A stretch of DNA of 64,000 bases from Anthoceros angustus (taxonomy: Eukaryota > Plantae > Anthocerotophyta). The notes beneath the pieces are model-generated. The model saw only the letters and a list, made by a program, of their open reading frames with translations. It did not search any database and was not told where the DNA came from. The stretch is taken from assembly GCA_010909165.1 (NCBI GenBank), contig VJWM01000011.1, positions 868,001 to 932,000 of the forward strand. The letters are read 5' to 3'. The translations under genes and the position numbers were made by a program. Shown here one piece after another: positions 36,528 through 48,300 of this stretch (position 1 is its first letter; each line of letters begins with the position of its first letter).

Positions 36528-38653
36528 ATGGGTACAAAGCACAGCAAGGGAGGTAAACCACGTGAAGAGGAACATCTGAGTAAGGCCGTTGAGGTCCTGG
36601 ACCTGGTGCAGCCAGGGTGGTATATGTCCGCATCTATCTTCCATCAGGTCATCAAAAGGTGCATCGCACGCAAAGATCTGGTGCTGGCAGGGGTGTGCAT
36701 ACCCTGATTGTCAGAAGTGGGTATGTGGGCAGCAGATTCTTGGCTAATCACGCCATCCGCATGTATGCTGACTATGGGAGGTCGGAGGATGCGTTGCAGG
36801 TTTTTAATGGATTGGCTGCTCCCAATGCTTATTCGTGGTCCTCCATAATTGAGGCACAGGTTGACAATGGACAGGCTAGGCAGGCAATCGAGATGTATTT
36901 GAGGATGCGACAGTCATCCCCTCTGTTGGCAGACAATCATCTGTTTGTGGCAGCACTTAAGGTTTGTGCCCGTGCAGAAGATCTGACATCAGGCAGACAG
37001 GTCCATTCCGATGTCCTGAGTAGTGTGCTTGAGCCTGATGTGTTTGTTGGGAGCTGCCTGGTGGAAATGTATGCAAGATGTGGGAGGTTGGATGATGCTC
37101 GTACAATCTTTGATAAGTTGGACTCGAGAAATGTGGTCACATGGAATACGCTGCTTGGAGGGTATGCTGAGGGTGGGCGTGGGCAAGAAGCCCTTGCGCT
37201 CTATGCAAGTATGGCAAAGGAGGGAATCACTCTGCCTGACCATGTCACGTTTTTGTGCCTCCTCAAAGCATGTGGGTGGTAGCAGTGGAACACTACACCA
37301 GGGAATGCGGCTTCATTCACAAATACAGGAAGCAGGTGTAGGGCATTGGAGCAGGGAAGGCAGCTACATGACCAGTTTCAGGAGATGGGGCTGCAACTTG
37401 ACGTGGTCATTTCGAGCTGCCTGGTGGACATATATGCAAACTGTGGGAGCTTAGAGGATGCCCGCAGGGTGTTTGACGAGTCAGCCACAAGAGATGTCGT
37501 GACTTGGACTGCCATGCTCACTGCGTACGAGGAGCATGGTCTAAGCCAAGAAGCGCTGTCTCTGTACGTGGTTGTGGGCAGCTGCCTGGTGGACATGTAT
37601 GCGAAATGTGGGTGCTTGGATGATGCTCGGAGCGTGTTCGACACTCTGGATACCGGAGCCATCCTGACATGGAATGTGATGTCACCTCGTTCTTTGTGGG
37701 CAGGCTTTCAAACACTCTGCAGGCTCAGTCCAAGCTCCCGCATTTTGCATGCATGTTCACCAGCAGCTGCCCACAACCACATCCGCTTCCAAACATCTCT
37801 CTCGAACCTGAGCATGGAGCTGGTGCCCCGTGTGCAATGCTCCCATGCGAGCATTTGTGGGCTGCAGACGCACTACCAGATCGAAGACTTGTTCTCCGCG
37901 AGAGATACATTACTGTGCTTCCCAGCAGAGACATCAACATGGAAAGGAAAGAGTAGGCTGCATCGGCATACTTGACAAGAGCTCTTCTACCACTGTGAAG
38001 CGTCCGGCACGTACCAGGAGATCTATCATACAGGCATAGTGCTCAGCTCTGGGAGCTATCGCGTGATATCTGTCCACAAGTTTGAAGTACTGCAGTCCTT
38101 CACACACCAGGCCAGCATGACTGCAGGCAGTGAGAATTGAAAGGAATGTGAAAGAATTGAAAGGAATGTGGAATCGCCTGGACGCCTGCCATCACCATTT
38201 TGTCGTAGCACATGAGAGCTTCCTGACCCATCCCGTGCTGACCATACGCTGCAAGAAGAAGACGGGCGAATGCAACATGATCAGCGGGCGTGATTCCACG
38301 GTGATGCATGACGGCATAGAGATCAAGGGCCTCCTGCCCCAGCCCGTGCAAGACATATCCTGCGCAGCATACATGTTGATGTCATAGATGTACGCCGATG
38401 CGGGCCTTCCAGAGGACGCCCATAGGGTGGACAAGCGCAGGAAGACGGAAAGTGCTGCGTGGAAAGAGCCAGGCTGGAGCGGGATAGCGCATCCCGAGAA
38501 AGTGCGCACCTTCTGGCGGGCGGCGTCCAGAACTCACAGCATAGTCAAGTGTATGACATGTTAGCCGAGGTAACCTGTAAGCTTAAGGAGGCAGCACAGG
38601 CAAAGCAGAGCGTGTGCTCGGTATCCTCATCTCTGTCCGAGGGTCCCTCATGA
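36528..38653 (+). pseudogene. PLS-class PPR gene (E/E+ type), disrupted and internally inverted
   Basis: PPR motifs VGSCLVEMYARCGRLDDARTIFDKL..RNVVTWNTLLGGY and DVVTWTAML. About 37680-38360 encodes PPR/E-domain pieces on the minus strand. The E-domain tail MYADAG...KEPGWS resumes on + at 38388. In-frame stops are present. Confidence 0.85.
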
Positions 38654-39345
38654 TGCGTCCCTCTGCCTTCTACCACGTGCAGGTCTTGAGAAATGGATGG
38701 TGAGCAGTGTTCGAGGGTCCCTCATGATGCGTCCCTCTGCCCTCTACTACGTGCAGGTCTTGGGAAATGGATGGTGAGCATTGCTTCTGGGAAGCTACGT
38801 GCATCCACGCAAAGACAGCTCACCTTGAGAGCATCAGGTGGCACAGGAATATACCTGTTCTGTTGCACATAGCAGTCTTGGTGAGATGAAGAGCATTGCT
38901 TGACGTGGTGAAAAACGAGCCCAGCAAACAGTGTACGGATTCGGGCTGGACATCTCGCCTCCTCGAAACTATGGAATTCAGACACAGCTTGTCAGGAGTC
39001 GGTCTCATCCGATTCCTTTCATGAAAGGGCCATCTTCATGGACGAAAGAGAGAGAGTGCAGCGCTCCTGTAGTCCAAAATGTAGTCCGAAACCACTGGTG
39101 TCAGGCATGCCTCGTCGTGCAAAGTCTACAGTGGAGGCAGCTGCTTTATAACAAGTAGCTAGAGAGGCGCCTTTGCAGGCGTGCAGAAGTCGGGGGCGTG
39201 CAGCGCACGCCTCTCCGCGCCGCTGGCCAGCACTGGCCCAGCAGGAGTGGATTCGACTCTCTCTGGAGTGGGACGCCGTTGGTTCTGATTGCCTTCTTTT
39301 GCAAGTCCTCCAGACAGGGTGAGACGTTGTTGTGAAGGTTGGGCT

Positions 39346-42300
39346 ATGGCGGATCCATCTCTTCCTGCCGGCGCCGCGCCGGTGGACCTGCTCCAGAGCC
39401 TCGAGTCCCGCTCGCCGCACCTGCGTGCTTTGCTTGCAGACCTGGAGTCCCACTCGCGAAAGCCGTCGGAACTGCCGTCTGTCGATTCGTGGGGAAGCTA
39501 CTTCAATTGCGACTGCGAGGACGGGGAATGTCACCACCGCGAGGAATGGCACTGGGAGGTGCGCTTGCGTCTGCTCACAGCTATGGGCAGATGCCGGTCG
39601 CTCAGGACAATTCAACTGAATCCTCTGCGGAAGAGGGGTCACAGCGTGAGGCAGAACGAGGCGGTGGCGCTCTTATCAGGCTTGCAACACAACTTTGGGC
39701 TGAGGGAGCTGGATCTGTATGGCTACAAGGGTTTTGGGACGGCAGAAGCCTGCCTGACGGCACTGATTGCCGTCATCGACAGAACTTTTTCCTCACTGGA
39801 ATCCCTCGGTCTGCAATATGTGGGATTGAGTGTAGAAGGCCTGGGTGCCATCGCTGCAGCCCTTGGACGCAATGCCAGCTCATCAGTGCTGTCCAGCTTG
39901 TCTCTGTGTGGGAACGACATTGGGAATGCTGTCGGGGCGCAACACTTGGCCGACATCCTTACCAACTCGCCCAAGCTCCGCACACTCTCGATGAGCAACA
40001 TAGGGATGGACGAGGAAGGAGCCGTGGTGATTGCACAGGCCCTGGCGCATACCACACTGGCTGGGCTTAGAATCGGAGATCCTGCGCCCCGGAATCCAAA
40101 CCAGCGCGCGCCCATGTTCCTCGTTCCACTGCTCCATGCTTTGGTGTGGCACACCGTGGCGGATCCTCCAGCTGCTGTTTCTGGCAATCACTCCATCACA
40201 CGGCTTGACCTTGGGTGTCCGGGAGGCCAGGAGGCTGTGGAGCCGGGGCTGGGAGAAGCCCTGGCTCGGGTGCTTCGCACCAACCGGGCTCTGAAAGACC
40301 TCAAACTATCCAGCTTCTTCGTCACACGCGGATTGGGAGCTCTGCGGAAAACAGCAGCATCACCAAACTCCGGGTGATTCACTCGCCGCAGTCGGAGGAT
40401 GATGACATGGATCCCATGCTGACCACCATCCTGGATGAGTGCAAGATTGTTGAGCAGGTGCAGATCCAGTTTGACAAGCCCTTTGGTCCGTCCAGCTTCA
40501 CCAAGGCGTTTTTCCAAGGGTTCCTGCAGAAAAACCGCAGCATCAAGAGGCTGGTGTTGGATGGCTGGGATGGGCTGGACGAGGAGATGTTTGAAGACCT
40601 GATTCAATCCCTGTCCACCAACACCAACAGCTATCTCAGGCTGGATCACATCTCCATCAAGGGCACCTCATGGGAAAAGCAAGGCAGGGGCGAACGTCTG
40701 CAGAAGCGTTGAGATGCATTGCGAGTGCAGCCGGAGCTGGGTGCGTTGCTTGCAGACCTGGAGTCCCACTCGCCAGTGCTGCAGAAGCGTTGGGAGCTGC
40801 GTGCGTTGCTCGCAGACTTGGAGGACCCTGTTGAAGCTACTTCAATTGCGACTGCGAGGACGGGGAATGTCACCACCGCGAGGAATGGCACTGGGAGGTG
40901 CGCTTGCGTCTGCTCACAGCTATGGGCAGATGCCGGTCGCTGAGGAAGATTCGACTGAATCCTCCGGGAGATGGGTCACAGCGTGAGGCAGGACGAGGCG
41001 CTGGCGCTCTTATCAGGCTTGCAACACAACCTTGTGCTGGAGGAGCTGAATCTGTATGGCTACAAGGGTTTTGGGACGCCAGCAGCCTGCCTGCAGTTGA
41101 GTGCCATCATGGACAGAACTCATCCTCACTGGACTTGCTCGGTCTGCAACATCTGGGATTGAGTGCAGAAGGACTGGGTGCCATCGCTGCAGCCCTTGGA
41201 CGCAATGCCAGCTCATCAGTGCTGTCCAGATTGTCTCTGTGGGAACGACATTGGGAATGCTGTCGGGGCGCAACACTTGGCCGACATCCTTACCAACTCG
41301 CCCAAGCTCCGCATACTCTGGATGAGCAACATAGGGATGGACGAGGAAGGAGCCGTGGTGATTGCACAGGCCCTGGCGCATACCACCACACTGGCTGGGC
41401 TCAGAATCGGAGATCCTGCGCCCCGGAATCCAAACCAGCCGCGCCCATGTTCCTCGTTCCACTTGCTCCAAGCTTTGGTGTGGCACACCCTGGCGGATCC
41501 TCCAGCTGCTGTTTCTGGCAATCACTCCATCACACGGCTTGTCCTTGGGTGTCCGGGAGGCCAGGAGGCTGTGGAGCCGGGTCTGGGAGAAGCCCTGGCT
41601 CAGGTGCTTCGCACCAACCGGGCTCTGAAAGACCTCAAACTATCCAGCTTCTTCGTCACACGCGGATTGGGAGCTCTGCGGGAAAACAGCAGCATCACCG
41701 AACTCTGGGTGATTCACTCGCCCCAGTCGGAGGATGATGACATGGATCCCATCCTGACCACCATCCTGGATGAGAGCGAGACTGTTGTGAGGGTGTGGAT
41801 CCGATTTGACAAGCCCTTTGGTCCGTCCAGCTTCACCAAGGCGTTTTTCCAAGGGTTCCTGCAGAAAAACCGAAGCATCGAGAGGCTGGTGTTGAATGGC
41901 TGGGATGGGCTGGACGAGGAGATGTTTGAAGACCTGATTCAATCCCTGTCCACCAACACCAACACCCACCTCAGGCTGGATCACATCTCCATCAAGGGCA
42001 CCTCATGGGAAAAGCAAGGCAGGGGCGAACGTCTGAGAAAGCGTTGAGAGATGCATTGCGAGTGCAGCCGGAGCTGCGTGCGTTGCTCGCAGACTTGGAG
42101 TCCCACTCGCCAGTGCTGCACTATCTGTGGATTTGTGGGAAGCTACTTCAATTGCGACTGCCAGGACAGGGAATGTCACCACCGCGAGGAATGGCACTGG
42201 GAGGTGCGCTTGCGTCTGCTCACAGCTATCGGCAGATGCCGGTCGCTGAGGAAGATTCATCTGAATCCTCCGGAAGAGGGTCACAGCGTGAGGAGGACGA

Positions 42301-45300
42301 GGCGCTGGCGCTCTTATCAGGCTTGCAACACAACCTTGTGCTGGAGGAGCTGAATCTGTTTGGCTACAAGGGGTTTGGGACGGCAGCCTGCCTGCAGGCA
42401 CTGATTGCCGTCATCGACAGAACTCATCGCTCACTGGACTTCCTCGGTCTGCAATCTGTGGGATTGAGTGCAGAAGGACTGGGTGCCATCGCTGCAGCCC
42501 TTGGACGCAATGTCAGCTCTTCAGTGCTGTCCAGATTGTCTCTGTGTGGGAACGACATCGGAATGCTGTCGGGGCGCAACACTTGGCCGACATCCTTACC
42601 AAGTCGCCCAAGCTCCGCAATCTGGATGAGCAACATAGGCATGGACGAGGAAGGAGCCGTGGTGATTGCACAGGCCCTGGCGCATACCACTACACTGGCT
42701 GGGCTTAGAATCGGAGATCCTGCCCCGGAATCCAAACCAGCCCGCGCCCATGTTCCTCGTTCCATTGCTCCAAGCTTTGGTGTGGCACACCTGGCGGATC
42801 CTCCAGCTGCTGTTTCTGGCAATCACTCCATCACACGGCTTGTCCTTGAGTGTCCGGGAGGCCAGGAGGCTGTGGAGCCGGGCTGGGAGAAGCCCTGGCT
42901 CAGGTGCTTCGCACCAACCGGGCTCTGAAAGACCTCAGACTATCCAGCTTCTTCGTCACACGCGGATTGGGAGCTCTGCGAAAACAGCAGCATCACCAAA
43001 CTCCTGGTGTTTCACTCGCGGCAGTCGGAGGATGATGACATGGATCCCATCCTGACCACCATCCTGGATGAGTGCAAGACTGTTGAGGAGGTGCAGATCC
43101 GGTTTGACAAGCCCTTTGGTCCGTCCAGCTTCACCAAGGCGTTTTTCAAGGGTTGCTGCAGAAAACCGCAGCATCAACAGGCTGGTGTTGGATGGCTGGG
43201 ATGGGCTGGACGACGAGATGTTTGAAGACCTGATTCAATCCCTGTCCACCAACACCAACACCCACCTCAGGCTGGATCACATCTCCATCAAGGGCACCTC
43301 ATGGGAAAAGCAAGGCAGGGGCGAACGTCTGGAGAAAGCGTTGGGAGCTGCGCGAGTGCAGCCGCAGCTGCGTGCGTTGCTCGCAGACTTGGAGTCCGAG
43401 TCGCCAGTGCTGCAAGAACTCCCATCTGTGGATTTGTGGGAAGCTATTTCGATTGCCTTTGCCAGGAGGCCTACAGGGAGTGTCAACACCGGGGCAGTGG
43501 CAGTGGTACGTACGCCTGCGCCTGCTCACAGCTATCGGCAAATGCCGGTCGCTGAGGAAGATTCATCTGAATCCTCCGGGAGGAGGGGCACAGCGTGAGG
43601 GAGGTAGAGGCGCTGGCGCTCTGCTATCAGGCTTGCAACACAACCTTGTGCTGGAGGAGCTGAATCTGTATGGCTACAAGGGGTTTGGGACGGCAGCCTG
43701 CCTGCAGGCACTGAGTGCCGTCATCGACAGAACTATCTCACTGGACTTGCTCGGTCTGCAATCTGTGGGATTGAGTGCAGAAGGACTGGGTGCCATCGCT
43801 GCAGCCCTTGGACGCAATGCCAGCTCAGTGCTGTCCAGATTGTCTCTGTGTGGGAACGACATCGGAATGCTGTCGGGCGCAACACTTGGCCGACATCCTT
43901 ACCAACTCGCCCAAGCTCCGCAATCTGGATGAGCAACATAGGCATGGACGAGGAAGGAGCCGTGGTGATTGCACAGGCCCTGGCGCATACCACTACACTG
44001 GCTGGGCTTAGAATCGGAGATCCTGCGCCCCGGAATCCAAACCAGCCCGCGCCCATGTTCCTCGTTCCATTGCTCCAAGCTTTGGTGTGGCACACCCTGG
44101 CGGATCCTCCAGCTGCTGTTTCTGGCAATCACTCCATCACACGGCTTGTCCTTGAGTGTCCGGGAGGCCAGGAGGCTGTGGAGCCAGGGCTGGGAGAAGC
44201 CCTGGCTCAGGTGCTTCGCACCAACCGGGCTCTGAAAGACCTCACACTATCCAGCTTCTTCGTCACACGCGGATTGGGAGCTCTGCGGGAAAACAGCAGC
44301 ATCACCAAACTCCTGGTGTTCCACTCGCGGCAGTCGGAGGATGATGACATGGATCCCATGCTGACCACCATCCTGGATGAGTGCAAGACTGTTGAGGAGG
44401 TGCAGATCCGGTTTGACAAGCCCTTTGGTCCGTCCAGCTTCACCAAGGCGTTTTTCAAGGGTTGCTGCAGAAAACCGCAGCATCAACAGGCTGGTGTTGG
44501 ATGGCTGGGATGGGCTGGACGACGAGATGTTTGAAGACCTGATTCAATCCCTGTCCACCAACACCAACACCCACCTCAGGCTGGATCACATCTCCATCAA
44601 GGGCACCTCATGGGAAAAGCAAGGCAGGGGCGAACGTCTGGAGAGAGCGTTGTTAGCTGCGCGGCTGCAGCCGGAGCTGGCTGCCTTGCTTGCAGACTGG
44701 GAGTTGGGTGCGTTGCTCGCAGACTTGGAGTCCGAGTCGCCAGTGCTGCAAGAACTCCCATCTGTGGATTTGTGGGAAGCTATTTCGATTGCCTTTGCCA
44801 GGAGGCCTACAGGAGTGTCAACACCGGGGCAGTGGCAGTGGTACGTACGCCTGCGCCTGCTCACAGCTATCGGCAAATGCCGGTCGCTGAGGAAGATTCA
44901 TCTGAATCCTCCGGGAGGATGGGCACTTACAGCGTGAGGGAGGTAGAGGCGCTGGTGCTGCTATCAGGCTTGCAACACAACTCTGTGCTGGAGGAGCTGG
45001 GGCTGTTTGGCTACGTGGGCTTTGGGACGGCACGCTGCCTGCAGGCACTGACTGGCGTCGTGGAGAGAGCTTATGTCTCATTGGACTTGCTGGATCTGCG
45101 ATATCTGGGATTGAGTGCAGAAGGACTGGGTGTCATCGCTGCAGCCCTTGGACGCAACGGCAGCTCAGTGCTGTCCAGATTGCGTCTTTGTGGGAACGAC
45201 ATCAGGAATGCTGTCGGGCGCAACATTTGGCCGACATCCTGAGGAATTCGATCGCCCTCCGCAATCTCTGGATGAGCAATATTGGCATGGATGAGGAAGG

Positions 45301-48300
45301 AGCCGTGCTGATTGCAGAGGCCCTGGCGAATACCACCACCCTGATCCGAGCTTAGAATCGGAGATCCTGTGTTCATTGGTCCAATTCTCGAAGCTTTGGT
45401 GTGGCACACCTGGTGGATCCTCCAGCTGCTGTTTCTGGCAATCACTCCATCACAGGCTTGTTCTTGAGTGCCCAGGAGGCCAGCAGGCCGTGGAGCCAGG
45501 ACTGGGAGAAGCCCTGGCTCAGGTGCTGCGCACCAACCGTGCTCTCACTGACCTCAGACTTGCCAGCTTCTTCGTCACACGCGGATTGGAAGCGCTACCT
45601 GAAAACAGCAGCATCACCCAACTCCAAGTAAGTCACACGCGGAATTCGGAGGATGATGACATGGATCCTATGCTGATCACGATTCTTCAGGAGTGCAAGA
45701 ATGTCCAGCAGCTGCAGCTTCAGTTTATAAGCCCTTTGGTCCATCCAACTTCTCCAAGGCGTTTTTCCAAGGGTTGCGGGATAATCGTAGCATCAAGACG
45801 CTTGTGTTGGATGACTGCGAAGGATTGGATGACTACATGTTCCAGAACTTGATGCGGTCTCTGGGACGCAACTGCAACAACGTCCTGGAGAACATTTCCA
45901 TCAAGAAAACAACCTGGGAAAGCGAAGGCAAAGGAATATACATCCAGAATGCTCTCTCAAGGAACATGCGCAGAAGAAGCGCTGCTCCGCATGGTAGGTG
46001 CCCCAAGCCAGTAGCTAGCTACCCTTGTCCTGATTTGTATCTACAGTCAGAACCCACAAACTCAGATGTATACTGACCCCTTCTCACTTGTGCAGGTTCG
46101 GAAGAAGTGCCACCACCGGTCACGGCAACTGTGGCAACCTCTGATGCCGCAGCAGGTAATGAAACTACATGAATCCATGGATTTGATCCAACCACTTCCA
46201 AGCTGTTGTTGTTGTTGCAACTAGTTTGAATGCCTGTACCGAATGCACCACTTGATGCTGCTGCTGGCAGGCAGTCTGATGATTGACTGATTGGCTGTCT
46301 TTGTTTTCACCACAATTTCCAGTTGCTGTTCCTGAGGAGCTCAGTACCCTGCTTGCCGACCTCGACTCACCTTCGCCACACTCAGTAGTCTTCCTCGTGT
46401 GAAGCGTTTGGGCACTTGTTCAAGAGGGACGTGGAACATCCAAAGGTGGAACTTGAACTGCGCATGCGCCTTATGAAGGCTATCGGAAATGCCCCACACT
46501 CAGATTCATAGATCTCGACCCTCTTGGGCGTCGAAATTACAGGGTGACGGTGGCAGAGGCGATGGCGCTGCTGGAAGGCCTGAGCTCGAATGCAATAGTG
46601 GAACGGCTGGACTTGAGTGGCTTCCTTGGTTTTGGAACAGGTGAAGTCTGCGCTGCAATCGCCGCTATCTTGCAATCCAGCCGCACCTTGCAATTTCTGA
46701 ATATGGGATACACTGGCATGACTGTCGAAGGACTGGCTTGCATGCGAAATAATAGCAGCACTGTGCTTCGCACCTTGAACCTTTCTGGAAACACGACTGT
46801 TGGAGAAGGTGTAGGAGCTCAACACCTGGCTAATATCCTGACCAGCACTCCCGCGCTTCGCCACCTGGGGATGTGGGATATAGGGATGGATGAGGCGGGA
46901 GCATTGATGATAGGGGATGCTCTGGCACAGAACACCACACTTGACAGGCTGGACATAGGATTTAATCAAGCGTCAAGGCCAAACCAGGCAGGGATGATGG
47001 CCACGCTGTTAGTTCGAGCATTCCTCCCTACCAAATTTCTTTCTGGTAACAAGTCTGTCACACATCTCGGGCTGAAAGTATGGGAAGCAGGACAGCCTGT
47101 CATCCCTGAATTGCGAGAAGCTGTGGCCGCACGCTTCATGGGAACCATACTTGGAGGCATCTCGATGTATGTACCTGCTTTATAAGGCAGGGATTGGAGG
47201 GCTGTGTGACAACAGCAGCGTTATCCGTGTGACAGTCCGACATGGTAGCTCTAGTGCTGAGGAACAAGGGATGTGCAATCCTGCAGACAGTGGAAAAGTT
47301 TACAATTAGCTCAGAACAGTTTGGGACCTTTGGGATCATCCGACCTCCCAAGACGTTTTCAAATCGTTGCAGGACAATCGTTACCTCAACAGGTTGGTGT
47401 TGGATGGCTGGAAAGGGTTGGACGACAATATGTTCCAAGACCTGTTGCGGGCTCTGCAAGTGAACACCAATTTGAAGAGTATATCGTTCGAGAACACTGT
47501 GTGGAAAAGTCAGGAAAAGGAGCTGCAGTGGATGAACTACTACGCCAAAACAGGGAATACCGGAAAGCTCTGGCAGGGGCTCCAACAATGCCAGTGAAAT
47601 CATGTCGCCTCGTACTTTGTGGATTTCCATATGCAGGTGAGCACATGCTGAACCCAAAGTTTGTACATCCCAAATGGCGTAGTTTGTCAGACTTCACTGC
47701 AGTTGTTTCTGTCTTCTCACATCTGTTTTCTTGTCTTTATTGCCGTTGTTTTCGTCTCCGAGTGTAATCGGTGGTAAATGTTGCTGTTTCAGGAAAACCA
47801 CGATACGGAATACGTTGATGAGTATGCAAACACACGAAAACGATGTTGAGATGGAGGGTGAAACGATTTCGAAGCACATACCTCGAACCCTTGGGTTTGA
47901 GGTTGAGGTGATAAAAGATGGTCCAGCCTTGAGAATTACCGTTTGGGATCTTGCAGGGCACCAGGAGTTTCATGCTCTTCACGATTTCGTCTTTCCTGCT
48001 GTGAATAACTCTTCTCTCTTCTTGTTTGTCTATAACCCGTTCAAATTTGGTGGTAATTATTCAAGTGCGGAAATGAAGGATAGAAAGGATTTTCGAGATG
48101 AATTTATTTATTGGCTTAAATTTATTGCTTCCAACTCGCGGTTAGCTCAACAGGTGAAACCTTATGTTCATGTGGTGGTAACATTTGGTGACAAGCTTGA
48201 AGGTAGGATGTCTTCTTGAAATCTGAGGAAGTGTTGGTGATGAAGAAAAGTTCATGGCTGTTGTGGAAACATCCAATGAACCCACTTTCATCAATGGACA

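Noticed and set aside
47590-48300. NB-ARC/NACHT NLR nucleotide-binding domain
   Set aside because: The motifs are small-GTPase type (RTxG, WDLAG), there is no kinase-2/GLPL/MHD, and the LRRs are N-terminal. This is Roc-COR.
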